NCBI GenBank assembly: GCA_041690295.1
Contig: JAWLHR010000001.1
Coordinates: 224,001 to 288,000 of the forward strand
Direction of reading: 5' to 3'
DNA length: 64,000 nucleotides
From: Bdellovibrionales bacterium
Lineage (GTDB): Bacteria > Bdellovibrionota > Bdellovibrionia > Bdellovibrionales > UBA1609
The stretch's first letter is position 1. Every line of letters begins with the position of its first letter. The position numbers and the translations under genes were made by a program. The notes beneath the pieces are model-generated. The model did no database searches. It saw nothing but the letters and a program-made list of their open reading frames with translations, and was not told the DNA's origin. Of this stretch, positions 47,660 to 57,486 are shown one piece after another.

Positions 47660-48811
47660 GTGATCATGTCAGAATCTCATATGGATGCTCAATCTCGCGC
47701 GATGCGAATCCACCAAAATGCATTGCAAATTGTGAAGCAATATAGAAAATGTGAGGTTAATTTAATCGAAATTCTGCAAGCCGCGGACAAACATAAAGTC
47801 TATTTTACTCTCGGGCATAACTCACTTTTTAGATATGCCGTGGACGGCCTGGGACTGTCTGAAGAAGTTGCTTACATATTTATTAACGTGGCTCGCAAAG
47901 CGAGGGAAGTACCTGCCCTTAAAGAAGCGATCGCTCACGGTCAGATCACAGTATCGAAGGCGAAAAGAATTACTCCTGTTTTAAATCAACAAAACCAAAA
48001 GCAATGGCTGGATTTGGCGAAATCTGAATCCAAACGTGAGATCGAAAGACTGGTTGCGGCCACGTCGCCAAAACTTCAGGTTCGAGATAAAACGGCTTAT
48101 GTGAATCCATTGAACGAAGTTAAAGAGAGAGTGGCCGTCAAGGAAAGTCGCGTTCAACTTCAGGTGGGAATCGCAGAGGAAGTCATGCTTAAAATCCGCC
48201 GGGCACAAGAGGTGCTCAGTCAAAAACGCCAGCGCCCAGTCAGCTTAGAGGAAGTTTTGCACTCGGCCTTTTCAATGTATTTGTCTAAAGAAGATCCTCT
48301 CGAAATTGCAAAGCGCCAGAAGATAAAAGGTCGCCTTGGCCCTACGGAGTCGCAGCCGACTGAACAAATGGCGCCACTAAATGAAACTGCAAAGGCTAAA
48401 TTTACTGAACAAGACCTGGCGGTTGAGAGTCGATTCTCCGCTGAGAGTCGGGTCTCAGCTGAGAGCCGGGCCTCAGAAGGGAACAACCCACAAGTCCCGG
48501 GACCAGTTCCTTACATTAAAACACCTGGAACCCGCGAGGACGTAGGGGCACATGAACGCAAGCCTGTAAGCGCGGAACTTCGCCATAAGCTCACGCTCAA
48601 ATTTCAAGGGCAATGTGCGCACGTTGACCAAAATGGCAACAGATGCTCGGAACGGAAGTTTCTGCATGTCCACCATGTTCATCCGGTGTCAAATGGAGGA
48701 CGGAATGAGCTCAACAATTTAATCCTATTGTGCGCCGGACATCACCGCATGATCCATTTTCAACTGGAGCAACATCACCGCAAGGGTTTATTCTCCAATG
48801 GGGCAACGTAA
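47660..48811 (+). CDS. HNH endonuclease with long helical (DUF222-like) N-terminal region
   Basis: C-terminal CAHVDQNGNRC...HVHHVHPVSNGGRNELNNLILLCAGHHRMIH; RBS GAGGGGG; AT-richer than flanks. Confidence 0.9.
   Translation: MIMSESHMDAQSRAMRIHQNALQIVKQYRKCEVNLIEILQAADKHKVYFTLGHNSLFRYAVDGLGLSEEVAYIFINVARKAREVPALKEAIAHGQITVSKAKRITPVLNQQNQKQWLDLAKSESKREIERLVAATSPKLQVRDKTAYVNPLNEVKERVAVKESRVQLQVGIAEEVMLKIRRAQEVLSQKRQRPVSLEEVLHSAFSMYLSKEDPLEIAKRQKIKGRLGPTESQPTEQMAPLNETAKAKFTEQDLAVESRFSAESRVSAESRASEGNNPQVPGPVPYIKTPGTREDVGAHERKPVSAELRHKLTLKFQGQCAHVDQNGNRCSERKFLHVHHVHPVSNGGRNELNNLILLCAGHHRMIHFQLEQHHRKGLFSNGAT
48422..48475 (+). repeat. 3 x 18-bp in-frame tandem repeat in the HNH linker
   Basis: GTTGAGAGTCGATTCTCC GCTGAGAGTCGGGTCTCA GCTGAGAGCCGGGCCTCA. 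Confidence 0.85.
48490..48509 (+). repeat. Palindromic repeat copy 5, inside the HNH coding sequence
   Basis: ACAAGTCCCGGGACCAGTTC read in frame as QVPGPV. Confidence 0.9.
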
Positions 48812-48910
48812 CTACAATATCCATTTCCAAAATGGGGCAACCTCACGCGTAGTCCAATGCAAATGGAGCCATAACCACACAGTGCATTTCCAACGGGAGA
48901 ATTAGCTCAA
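48752..48910 (+). repeat. Degenerate ~31-34 bp tandem array (about 5 units)
   Basis: Cores CAACTGGAGCAAC, CAATGGGGCAAC, AAATGGGGCAAC, AAATGGAGCCAT, CAACGGGAGAAT spaced 34, 34, 31, 30 bp. Confidence 0.65.
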
Positions 48911-48984
48911 CGTACGGTGTGGGAAACAAAAGCGGTCAAGGCCAATCGGTTCATAAGTGAAGCTGGAGCGGATGATCTCCACGC

Positions 48985-49002
48985 AACTGGTCCCGGGACT
49001 TT
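48985..49002 (-). repeat. Palindromic repeat copy 6, inverted orientation
   Basis: AACTGGTCCCGGGACTTT, reverse complement AAAGTCCCGGGACCAGTT. Confidence 0.88.
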
Positions 49003-49081
49003 TTCGCGCCCGCCCTAATTTCAATACGTTGATGATGAATGCGCATCCAGCGATCCAACGAGATCGAGTGCAAAGTCGACG

Positions 49082-49732
49082 TTAAACGGGAGTGACGATC
49101 AGGCGGTCGTTTTTGAGTTCGTGGCGGAGAATGCTTTGGATGGCGTCTAATGTGCCCATCATGGCGCTGGGGCAACCGCCGCACGCTCCTTGATAAAGAA
49201 TGGTTAGTTCATCGTTCGTGAAGCTGATGACTTCGATGTCGCCCCCGTCGGCCTGAAGACCCGGGCGAACGGTGCGATCCAGGATTTCTTCGATCATCTG
49301 AATTTGCGGATCGGAAGCCTGCGGACGAGGTTCTTTCTTTTTCTCCTGCTCACCAAAGGCGGGATCATGAACCGGCAACCGGCTGCGAATGACCGCGCAC
49401 ACCGCCGCCGACAATTGGTCGTTATCCAGCTCCCCGCTGTGAGTGACGGTTAAGGTATTCTGAAAGAAGTGGATCTGCTTCACGCCTTCGATCTGCAGGA
49501 GATCGCGAGCGAGCGGAAGATTCTCACATTCCGCCACGGAATTGAAGGTAGCCTTGCCCTCGCTCTTCAACGGCGCGTTCACCACGAACTTCCAGGCGAA
49601 TGGGTTCGGCGTCGGAAGAGTTCGAATCATGATGTCGGATTCAGAGGACGTCATGGCCACATCTCCCTTGCCAAGAAGGCGAGCCGCCCAATTTCGTATT
49701 CCCGTACCCAAACCTTTATTGGCAGACTCCAT
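49082..49732 (-). CDS. Nfu/NifU-type Fe-S carrier (Nfu_N + NifU-C)
   Basis: TPNPFAWKF; VRPGLQADGGDIE; GACGGCP. Confidence 0.9.
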   Translation of the reverse strand: MESANKGLGTGIRNWAARLLGKGDVAMTSSESDIMIRTLPTPNPFAWKFVVNAPLKSEGKATFNSVAECENLPLARDLLQIEGVKQIHFFQNTLTVTHSGELDNDQLSAAVCAVIRSRLPVHDPAFGEQEKKKEPRPQASDPQIQMIEEILDRTVRPGLQADGGDIEVISFTNDELTILYQGACGGCPSAMMGTLDAIQSILRHELKNDRLIVTPV

Positions 49733-49757
49733 AATCTCTTTCCATCACTCAATAAAC

Positions 49758-50978
49758 TCATACGAGCAATTCCCTCGCCTTGCGCACTCCTTCGGCTAGG
49801 GCGTGAATGTCGGATTCACGCGTGTAAACCGAAAATGAAGCGCGGATCGTGCCTGGGATGGAAAATCGCCGCATCAACGGCTGACAGCAGTGATGACCCG
49901 CTCGCACGGCAATCCCCTGTTCGTCGAGGATCGCGCCCACGTCCGACGGATGAGTGCCCTCAACTAAAAATGAGAGCACGTGAGCGCGTGAAGGGGCGTT
50001 GCCGATAAATTTCACGCCCGGAATACGGCTCAGTTCCGATTCCGCCAGTTTCATGATTTTCTTTTCATGGGCGCGGATGTTTTCAGCTCCGACCGAATTC
50101 ACAAAATCCAAAGCCGCGGAGAGACCAATGATTTCCGCGATCGGCGGCGTTCCGGCCTCAAAACGAAGCGGCGGCGCGAGATACTCGACCCCGTCTTCAC
50201 GGACTTCGCTGATCATCGATCCCCCGCCTTGATAAGGCGGCATTTTCGCCAACCACTCTTCACGTCCATAAAGCACGCCGACACCGGTGGGGCCGAAAAC
50301 CTTGTGACCTGAAAACGCTAAAAAGTCGCAACCCAATTGGGAAACATCGATGTTTCCGGTGGCGGCCGATTGCGCCACATCGGCGATGCAAACCGCGCCC
50401 ACCCGTCGCGCTTCACGGAAAAAATCCGCCAATGGATTCAAAGTGCCGATCGCGTTTGACAAATGCACCAACGAAACGATCTTGGTCCGCTCCGACAAGA
50501 GCCCTTTATAAGCGTCGAAATCCAAGGTGCCATCGTCGCGAACGGGCACGAACCGAACCCGTGCCCGCCGCTCCGAAGCGATCATATGCCAGGGCACGAT
50601 GTTCGAATGATGCTCCATCTGGCTTAAAACAATTTCGTCGCCTTCATTCAGAATCAAAGATCCCAGGGAGCGCGCCAAAAGATTGAGGCCCTCGGTGGTC
50701 CCACGGGTGAAAACAATTTCGTTTTTGGAGCGGGCGCCGACATAGGTCCCCGCCTTTTCGCGCGCTTGTTCATACTTTTCCGTGGCTTCATCGCTTAAAA
50801 AATGGGCCGCGCGATGCACGTTGGCCGCGCCTTCGCGCAGATAACGCGAAACCGCGTCCACCACGCTCACCGGCTTCATGGCCGTCGCGGCGCTATCCAG
50901 ATACACCAGTGGACGCCCACGAACCTGCCGGGTCAGCTGAGGAAACAAGGCTGTCATCTCACGTTCAAAATCCATCAA
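49758..50978 (-). CDS. sufS: Cysteine desulfurase SufS
   Basis: YLDSAATAMKP, EHHSNIVPW, FSGHK, RAGHHC. Confidence 0.96.
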   Translation of the reverse strand: MMDFEREMTALFPQLTRQVRGRPLVYLDSAATAMKPVSVVDAVSRYLREGAANVHRAAHFLSDEATEKYEQAREKAGTYVGARSKNEIVFTRGTTEGLNLLARSLGSLILNEGDEIVLSQMEHHSNIVPWHMIASERRARVRFVPVRDDGTLDFDAYKGLLSERTKIVSLVHLSNAIGTLNPLADFFREARRVGAVCIADVAQSAATGNIDVSQLGCDFLAFSGHKVFGPTGVGVLYGREEWLAKMPPYQGGGSMISEVREDGVEYLAPPLRFEAGTPPIAEIIGLSAALDFVNSVGAENIRAHEKKIMKLAESELSRIPGVKFIGNAPSRAHVLSFLVEGTHPSDVGAILDEQGIAVRAGHHCCQPLMRRFSIPGTIRASFSVYTRESDIHALAEGVRKARELLV

Positions 50979-52170
50979 CAGACTCCAACAACCGGCGCAA
51001 ACCGCTGTCCGGTATCTTCATGATCACGTCCGTAACGAACGCCTGACTCAGTAAGCTCTCCACTTGCTCCGGTGGAATCCCACGGCTGCGCAAGTAAAAG
51101 ATTTTCTCCTCATCCAGACGGCCCACGCTGGCCCCATGATTCGCCTTCACGTCATCGGCGTAAATTTCAAGTTCCGGTTTTGTATTCACTTCAGCGCCCG
51201 GACCCAACAGAAGATTTTGGTTCAATTGTTTGGAATCCACCTTCTGCGCGTCTTGGGCGATATAAATCTTGCCGTTGAAAACGCCACGGGACCGGTCTTT
51301 GTAAACACCTTTAAAAAGCTGCGACGAAGCGGTCTCGCCCGAATGATGGGAAACGACCACCCGCTGATCGATCTGCTGTTCACTTGAGCCGAATGTCAAC
51401 CCTTGCACATTCGCTTCGGCGCCGCGACCCCGCAGCTCACAAAGGATCTGCGAGCGCACCCAACCGGCGCCTTCATTCCACTGCGTGAAATGAAATCCAG
51501 AGCCTTCGTTCAACTCAATTTGTGTTTCGCTGAAGTGGTGGGCCTTCAAGCCTTCCTTCTGTATACGCAACCAATGAATTCGCGCCTTATCCGCCACCTT
51601 GATCTGGGTGAGGTCGGTCCGTAAATAAGGCACGTTTTCGCCGACCAACAGTTCCGCGACTTGAACCTTCGCTCCGGCATTCACCACCACACGGTGAAAC
51701 GCCGAACGCCATCCCGCTTCCGCTTGCTGATACTTAACCAGCAAAAGCGGTTTTGAAACTTCAGCTCCGGCCGCGATTTCAATCTCGGTTCCGGGCCAAG
51801 CCACCGCCGCGCTCAAATTCGATACCGCGTCCTCGCCCAAGTACTCGCTGGTAAACTCCGCGTCCCGAACCGTAAATTGCGGACTCGACAATTTCGCTCC
51901 CGGGCGAATGACGATGAAGTCCGACTCAAGCGAGGTAAGCCGCGACTCAAGCGATGCCGGAAGCTCCGGAACGACGGCCACCGGATCACCGCCATGACGC
52001 TCAACCGGCGCCAATGTGGTGTATCGCCAGGTTTCGGATTTCCGGCCCGGCCATCCCAGTTTTTCCATCCGCTCCCAAGCGCGCTCTCGAAACCGTCGCT
52101 CCGGCAAGCTGGCTTTGGGAAGAAGATTGTCCAACCGCGATTTCGCGGCCTTCATCAAATTCGTTGTCAT
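50965..52170 (-). CDS. sufD: Fe-S assembly protein SufD
   Basis: ETWRYT, VFNGKI, KPELEIYADDVKANHGA, FYLRSRGI. Confidence 0.93.
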   Translation of the reverse strand: MTTNLMKAAKSRLDNLLPKASLPERRFRERAWERMEKLGWPGRKSETWRYTTLAPVERHGGDPVAVVPELPASLESRLTSLESDFIVIRPGAKLSSPQFTVRDAEFTSEYLGEDAVSNLSAAVAWPGTEIEIAAGAEVSKPLLLVKYQQAEAGWRSAFHRVVVNAGAKVQVAELLVGENVPYLRTDLTQIKVADKARIHWLRIQKEGLKAHHFSETQIELNEGSGFHFTQWNEGAGWVRSQILCELRGRGAEANVQGLTFGSSEQQIDQRVVVSHHSGETASSQLFKGVYKDRSRGVFNGKIYIAQDAQKVDSKQLNQNLLLGPGAEVNTKPELEIYADDVKANHGASVGRLDEEKIFYLRSRGIPPEQVESLLSQAFVTDVIMKIPDSGLRRLLESVDGF

Positions 52171-52928
52171 GCCTCCGCCTTGACCAACCAGTCGTATCCA
52201 CGCTCTTCGAGGGTGAGCGCCAGTGTCTTGTCCCCGGATTGGACGATCCGGCCGCGATGGAGCACATGAACAAAATCGGGCACGATGTAGTCCAACAGGC
52301 GTTGATAATGGGTGATCAACAGAATCGCGTTGTCCTTGCTGCGCAATTTGTTCACGCCCGAGGCCACGACTTTCAATGAGTCGATGTCCAATCCGGAATC
52401 GGTCTCATCAAGAATCGCCAGCCGCGGCGACAACACGGCCATTTGCAAAATTTCATTGCGCTTTTTCTCGCCGCCCGAAAAACCTTCGTTGACCGCCCGG
52501 TCAAGAAAACGAGGATCCAGGTCCACAAGCGCGGCTTTCTTTTCCACGAACTTGCGGAATTCGTCTTCGGACATTTCCTGCACGCCTTGATGACGGCAGA
52601 TTGAATTGAACGCCGTCCTTAGAAAAGTCATGTTCGAAAGCCCCGGCACCTCGATGGGATATTGGAAGGCGAGAAACACGCCTTCGCGCGCTCGCTCGTC
52701 GGGCGCCATGGTGAGCAGGTCCCGCGGAGTGAAGTTCACCTCATAAGTGACTTCCCCACGAGTCACCTCATAAGCCGGGTGGCCGGCCAACACCTTGGAC
52801 AAGGTGCTCTTGCCCGATCCGTTCGGGCCCATGATGGCGTGGACTTCACCGGGATTAATGGTGAGATTAATCCCCCGTAAAACTTCTTTGCCGTCCACGT
52901 TACAATGCAGATCTTTGATCTGAAGCAT
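52167..52928 (-). CDS. sufC: Fe-S assembly ATPase SufC
   Basis: GPNGSGKST, FSGGEKKRNE, DETDSGLD, THYQRLL. Confidence 0.97.
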   Translation of the reverse strand: MLQIKDLHCNVDGKEVLRGINLTINPGEVHAIMGPNGSGKSTLSKVLAGHPAYEVTRGEVTYEVNFTPRDLLTMAPDERAREGVFLAFQYPIEVPGLSNMTFLRTAFNSICRHQGVQEMSEDEFRKFVEKKAALVDLDPRFLDRAVNEGFSGGEKKRNEILQMAVLSPRLAILDETDSGLDIDSLKVVASGVNKLRSKDNAILLITHYQRLLDYIVPDFVHVLHRGRIVQSGDKTLALTLEERGYDWLVKAEA

Positions 52929-52936
52929 AAATCACC

Positions 52937-54358
52937 TTATCCGATACTGTTTTCCAGTTTCATTTCGATCAACTTGACCGCCTCGACGGAAAATTCGAGC
53001 GGCAGTTGCTTGAACACTTCCTTACAAAATCCATTCACCAGCAGCGAGACACATTCTTCCTGCGACAGACCACGCGACTGCAGATAAAACAGTTGCTCTT
53101 CACTGATGCGCGAGGTGGAGGCTTCGTGCTCCACCACCGCCGACGGATTTTTCACCTCAATCACCGGGAATGTATTGGCGCCTGACCGGTTCCCCACCAG
53201 CATGGAATCACACTGAGAGAAATTTCGCGCGCCTTCCGCTCCCGGCAAAATCTTTACTAGACCGCGATAGCTGTTCACCGAATGACCGGTCGATATCCCT
53301 TTGGAAATGATCGTGCTCTTGGTGTTTTTCCCGATGTGGATCATCTTGGTTCCCGTATCGGCCTGCATTCGATCGTGAGTCAGTGCCACCGAGTAAAACG
53401 CACCGACGGAGTTTTCCCCTTGCAGAATACAACTCGGATACTTCCAGGTGATGGCCGAGCCGGCTTCCACCTGGGTCCAGCTGATCTTCGAATTACGACC
53501 CTGGCACTTTCCGCGTTTGGTAACGAAGTTGTAAATTCCGCCACGGCCTTCGCGATCGCCCGTGTACCAGTTTTGAACCGTGGAATAACGAATCTCGGCA
53601 TTTTCCAAAGCGATCAGTTCCACCACCGCCGCGTGAAGTTGATTTTCATCGCGCTGGGGCGCCGTGCAGCCTTCCAGATAATTGACGTAGCTACCTTCAT
53701 CCGCGATCAAAAGTGTTCGTTCAAACTGACCCGTCTCCTGTGCGTTGATGCGGAAGTAAGTCGAAAGATCCAGCGGACAGCGAACACCTTTGGGAATGTA
53801 GCAGAACGAGCCATCCGAAAAGACCGCCGCGTTCAACGCCGCGAAGAAATTGTCGGTGTGAGGAACGACCGTTCCCAAATATTTACGAACCAGCTCCGGA
53901 TATTTCTGAATGGCTTCGGAGATGGAACAGAAAACCACGCCGTGACGCTCAAGAATTTCCTTATGGGTCGTGCCCAAGGAAACCGAATCAAACACCGCAT
54001 CGATCGCCACGCCACTGATCCGCTTTTGCTCGGTCAGCGGAATTCCCAGGCGTTCAAAAGTGCGAAGCAATTCCGGATCCAGCTCGTCCAGTGATTTGGG
54101 TTTTTCTTTCACCGACTTGGGAGCGGCGTAATAGTAAATATCCTGATAATCGATCGGCTCGTAATCCGCCTTGGCCCAGTGAGGCTCGGTCATGGTGAGC
54201 CAGTGCCGGTAGGCCTTCAACCGATAATCCAACATCCAATCCGGCTCGTTCTTGCGCCGAGAAATCGCGCGGATCACGTCCTCGTTCAAACCCTTGGCAA
54301 TGGTCTCGGTGTCGATTTCCGTGACAAAGCCGTGTTTATATTCACGCACTTCACTCAT
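52937..54358 (-). CDS. sufB: Fe-S assembly protein SufB
   Basis: Start MSEVREY after [33 protein letters not shown]. Confidence 0.97.
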   Translation of the reverse strand: MSEVREYKHGFVTEIDTETIAKGLNEDVIRAISRRKNEPDWMLDYRLKAYRHWLTMTEPHWAKADYEPIDYQDIYYYAAPKSVKEKPKSLDELDPELLRTFERLGIPLTEQKRISGVAIDAVFDSVSLGTTHKEILERHGVVFCSISEAIQKYPELVRKYLGTVVPHTDNFFAALNAAVFSDGSFCYIPKGVRCPLDLSTYFRINAQETGQFERTLLIADEGSYVNYLEGCTAPQRDENQLHAAVVELIALENAEIRYSTVQNWYTGDREGRGGIYNFVTKRGKCQGRNSKISWTQVEAGSAITWKYPSCILQGENSVGAFYSVALTHDRMQADTGTKMIHIGKNTKSTIISKGISTGHSVNSYRGLVKILPGAEGARNFSQCDSMLVGNRSGANTFPVIEVKNPSAVVEHEASTSRISEEQLFYLQSRGLSQEECVSLLVNGFCKEVFKQLPLEFSVEAVKLIEMKLENSIG

Positions 54359-54798
54359 GAGGTGGCCTCCATCGGGGGCCGATGATGTTCCGTCTTCAAG
54401 CGCAAGAGTTCCGAGACATAAATGCTTCGATAAAAATCCTGATACCGACGGTTCAGAACCACGATGGGATTGTGAATATTGCACGTGGGTTCAAGTTCGC
54501 ACCGTCCGCGACCCAGCAAACATTTGGCCGCGGCCATCGGTCCCAAAATCAATTCCATCAGTTCGTAGAGGGACACCTTTGACAGGTCGCGAACCAGCAC
54601 GTAGCCGCCATGCGCCCCGTGTTCCGACCGCAAAATCCCCTTCTGTGCCATCTTCTGTAGAACCCGAGCGGTGGCATCGAATGGACAGCCAGTGATTTCA
54701 ACCACTTCCTTGGCCGAAGTGAGCTCGCCCGGCTTTTTTCCGGCGATAATTTTTAAGGCCATGAGGGCGTATTCAAGTTTTCGGTTGAGCCGTGTCAC
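54355..54798 (-). CDS. Rrf2 family regulator with three C-terminal Cys
   Basis: GTG start after [14 protein letters not shown]-x6-C-x5-C. Confidence 0.9.
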   Translation of the reverse strand: MTRLNRKLEYALMALKIIAGKKPGELTSAKEVVEITGCPFDATARVLQKMAQKGILRSEHGAHGGYVLVRDLSKVSLYELMELILGPMAAAKCLLGRGRCELEPTCNIHNPIVVLNRRYQDFYRSIYVSELLRLKTEHHRPPMEATS

Positions 54799-54978
54799 TG
54801 CTTCTATCCTCTTAAAAATCCTAAGCTTTCTTGACTTGCGAAACCCCGCCAATTAAATGCAAGCAAGTCGAAACTCAATTGAGAGTAACTATATACGCCT
54901 AAAAAAGACTTATTTAAAGGAAATCCTATTTTTTCGGCAATTCAGAGACTGATTCTCATTAGCCTGGGCTCCATCGCG

Positions 54979-55590
54979 GTGATCGCGCTGGGGATTGGGT
55001 TCATGCGCTGGACAGGCTCCCAGCAAATGTACACTGCGCCATCACATCCTTGGTTCGAATGGCCGCATTGGCGGGTCGAAACCCCCGCTGAAGACATACT
55101 TTGCCACTCCCAACAGAGGGTGCGGATTTCGGATCCGGATACCATTTTCCATGTGCGAGTTCGGGCCGTGGACAATCGCTGGATCGTGAACTGTCCTGAT
55201 AAACCCATGCCGCTGGTGGATTTACTCAACCGCGCTGATGCCAAAAATTGGTTGCTGACAATTGAAGCGAAGGACACCATCGGGCTTGATGATCTGATTA
55301 GAGACTTGGCTCCGTTCGATAAAGAATTTCGCTTTGCCATTCATAGTCCGGCGCAACAGGTGGCCCGTTACCTACGTAAAAAATCACCGCAGTGGTTGTT
55401 CGCCGCGGATTCCGCGACACTTTTGCGTCTCCATATGTTTACAAGTCTGTGGCTCGAAACGGCATTTGATTTCTGGCCGGATTTCGTGATTCAAAATCCA
55501 GACGATCGGAATACGGATCTTTCGCCTCGTGAGTTGGCGGAAATCCGGCGGCGTAACAAGCGAGTTATCTTGTTGCCTAATCCCCGTTAA
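54979..55590 (+). CDS. Membrane-anchored hypothetical protein, perhaps a degenerate GDPD-like domain
   Basis: N-terminal TM (frame open from ~54889, start uncertain); PLVDLL..LTIEAK pattern. Confidence 0.55.
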   Translation: MIALGIGFMRWTGSQQMYTAPSHPWFEWPHWRVETPAEDILCHSQQRVRISDPDTIFHVRVRAVDNRWIVNCPDKPMPLVDLLNRADAKNWLLTIEAKDTIGLDDLIRDLAPFDKEFRFAIHSPAQQVARYLRKKSPQWLFAADSATLLRLHMFTSLWLETAFDFWPDFVIQNPDDRNTDLSPRELAEIRRRNKRVILLPNPR

Positions 55591-55610
55591 TCGGCTTACG
55601 CTTTTCAATT

Positions 55611-56351
55611 ATGTTTTCAACAGCATGGGCCGCATCCGAAACCGTTAAAGTCACCGCGAACGTCGGCGCCTGGCACGCCATCACATCCGCCAGCTTCGTC
55701 GTTCAGCTGACACTTCTCTCGTTGATTCTAATGTCCGTCGGCTCCTGGGCCATCATGGCGCAGAAGCGAAAACAGTTTAAAGCCGTCGAAGAGGGCAATA
55801 TTCCCTTCGAAGAAAAATTCTGGAAAGCCTCGTCCCTTGAGGAAGTGCACGACAACCTCAAGGATTTTCCCGATAGCAATATGGCCGCCGTGTTCCAGTT
55901 TGGATACCTGGAGTTAAAGAAAATCGCTGAGAGCCGTCTGCTGGCGTCCGTGCAGGAAGACGGTGAATCGCCGGTTCTCAGCGGTATCGACAATCTTCAA
56001 CGGGCGCTCCGCAAGGCCATTGACCTTGAAATCTCCCGTTTGGAATCGCGGCTGAATTTTCTCGCCACGGTCGGCAGCGTCGGTCCGTTCGTGGGATTGT
56101 TCGGCACCGTCTGGGGGATCATGGGATCCTTTCAAAAAATCGGTGCGACCGGATCGGCCAGCCTCGCTGTTGTGGCGCCCGGGATCGCCGAAGCTTTGAT
56201 CGCCACCGGTGTCGGCCTGGCCGCCGCCATCCCGGCGACAATCGCCTACAATTTGTTCGTCACCCGCATTCGCAAACAAGAGCTGGCACTCAACAATTTC
56301 GCCGCTGACTTTTTGAATTTAGCTAAACGCAACTTCTTCAAAGGGCAGTAA
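55611..56351 (+). CDS. tolQ: TolQ
   Basis: LATVGSVGPFVGLFGTVWGIM, VAPGIAEAL, AIPA; first gene of tolQRAB. Confidence 0.92.
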   Translation: MFSTAWAASETVKVTANVGAWHAITSASFVVQLTLLSLILMSVGSWAIMAQKRKQFKAVEEGNIPFEEKFWKASSLEEVHDNLKDFPDSNMAAVFQFGYLELKKIAESRLLASVQEDGESPVLSGIDNLQRALRKAIDLEISRLESRLNFLATVGSVGPFVGLFGTVWGIMGSFQKIGATGSASLAVVAPGIAEALIATGVGLAAAIPATIAYNLFVTRIRKQELALNNFAADFLNLAKRNFFKGQ

Positions 56352-56353
56352 GT

Positions 56354-56779
56354 ATGTCGGCTTCACCCGCGCCCCGAAGCGGTGCTCGCACTGTTTTAAG
56401 TGAAATCAACGTGACTCCGCTCGTGGATGTCATGTTGGTTTTGCTGATCATCTTCATGGTCACCGCGCCCATGATGCAGCAAGGGCTTGAGGTGGAACTT
56501 CCGGAAACCGCGAACAGCGGTGTTTCCACCACCGATGAGCCCTTTATCCTGGTGATCAAAAAAGATGGTTCCCTGTACGCGGGCCAGTCCCGCCTTCAAA
56601 TGGAAACGCTCGGAACCAAACTCAAAGCGATATTCGCGACCCGAAAGAATAAACAAATTTATATCCAAGCCGACGCTCGCGTTAATTACGGAACGGTGGC
56701 CGAAGCTATGGGCGAGATCCGAGCCGCCGGGATTTACCAGATCGGAATGATCACTGTGCCCAAAGCCGGGGGGAGATGA
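56354..56779 (+). CDS. tolR: TolR
   Basis: SEINVTPLVDVMLVLLIIFMVTAP. Confidence 0.92.
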   Translation: MSASPAPRSGARTVLSEINVTPLVDVMLVLLIIFMVTAPMMQQGLEVELPETANSGVSTTDEPFILVIKKDGSLYAGQSRLQMETLGTKLKAIFATRKNKQIYIQADARVNYGTVAEAMGEIRAAGIYQIGMITVPKAGGR

Positions 56780-57483
56780 ACGACTCACTTTCCCGAGATT
56801 TGATCTATTCGCTGGCCGGACATCTCGTTGTCGTCGTGTTCATTTTCTTTTCGGCGGTATTGATTCCGAGCCAACCGATCGATCTCCGGCAAGCCATCCG
56901 CGTGGATGTGGTGGGATTGCCTGATAAACTACCTGAACAGAAACTTGCACCGCCCAAACCAGAGCCCGAATCAATGAAGGCTCCGCCCAAAGTTGAAGAG
57001 GCGAAAGCGCCGAAAGTCTCCACCAAGAAAGCCGACCTCTCCAAATCTCAACAAGCGGCCTTGAACCAGATCAAAAGCATGAAGGCTTTGGAGAAAATCA
57101 AGAGCCAATTGAACAAGGAAAAAGAGAAGAACGATAATGCCTCAACGGTCGTTAAAGGCAACCAGGTTAATGCCGGAAATTCGTTAACTGGTCTCGAGAA
57201 AATTGAATACGACCGCTATTTTGATGATCTCAACGTCCGGATCCGCGAACATTGGAATATACCGCAGTGGCTGGCGGATGCGAATCTCCGAGCTCAAGTT
57301 CAGGTTTTAATCGACGAAAGAGGCTATGTGGTCAAAAAAGTGTTCCGCCGCTCCAGCGGAAACACTGTTTTTGATAATAGCGTTCTCGCCGCGATCGATA
57401 ATAGTTCACCTTTACCGGCGCCACCGGCGCGATTACGAGGACTTTTGGCCACATCTGGGGTAATCTTTAACTTTCCGGAGTAA
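56776..57483 (+). CDS. tolA: TolA/TonB-C family protein
   Basis: TM with S-x3-H, Pro/Lys linker, SSGNTVFDNSV...PLPAPP. Confidence 0.82.
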   Translation: MNDSLSRDLIYSLAGHLVVVVFIFFSAVLIPSQPIDLRQAIRVDVVGLPDKLPEQKLAPPKPEPESMKAPPKVEEAKAPKVSTKKADLSKSQQAALNQIKSMKALEKIKSQLNKEKEKNDNASTVVKGNQVNAGNSLTGLEKIEYDRYFDDLNVRIREHWNIPQWLADANLRAQVQVLIDERGYVVKKVFRRSSGNTVFDNSVLAAIDNSSPLPAPPARLRGLLATSGVIFNFPE

Positions 57484-57486
57484 GAT

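Noticed and set aside
47660..48811. IscB/Cas9-like RNA-guided nuclease
   Set aside because: No split RuvC or PLMP motifs; HNH is at the extreme C-terminus.
48752..48910. CRISPR or TIGR array
   Set aside because: Units too degenerate, variable parts about 10 nt, no cas genes, and no Nop-like domain or box C/D motifs recognisable; kept only as an unexplained array.
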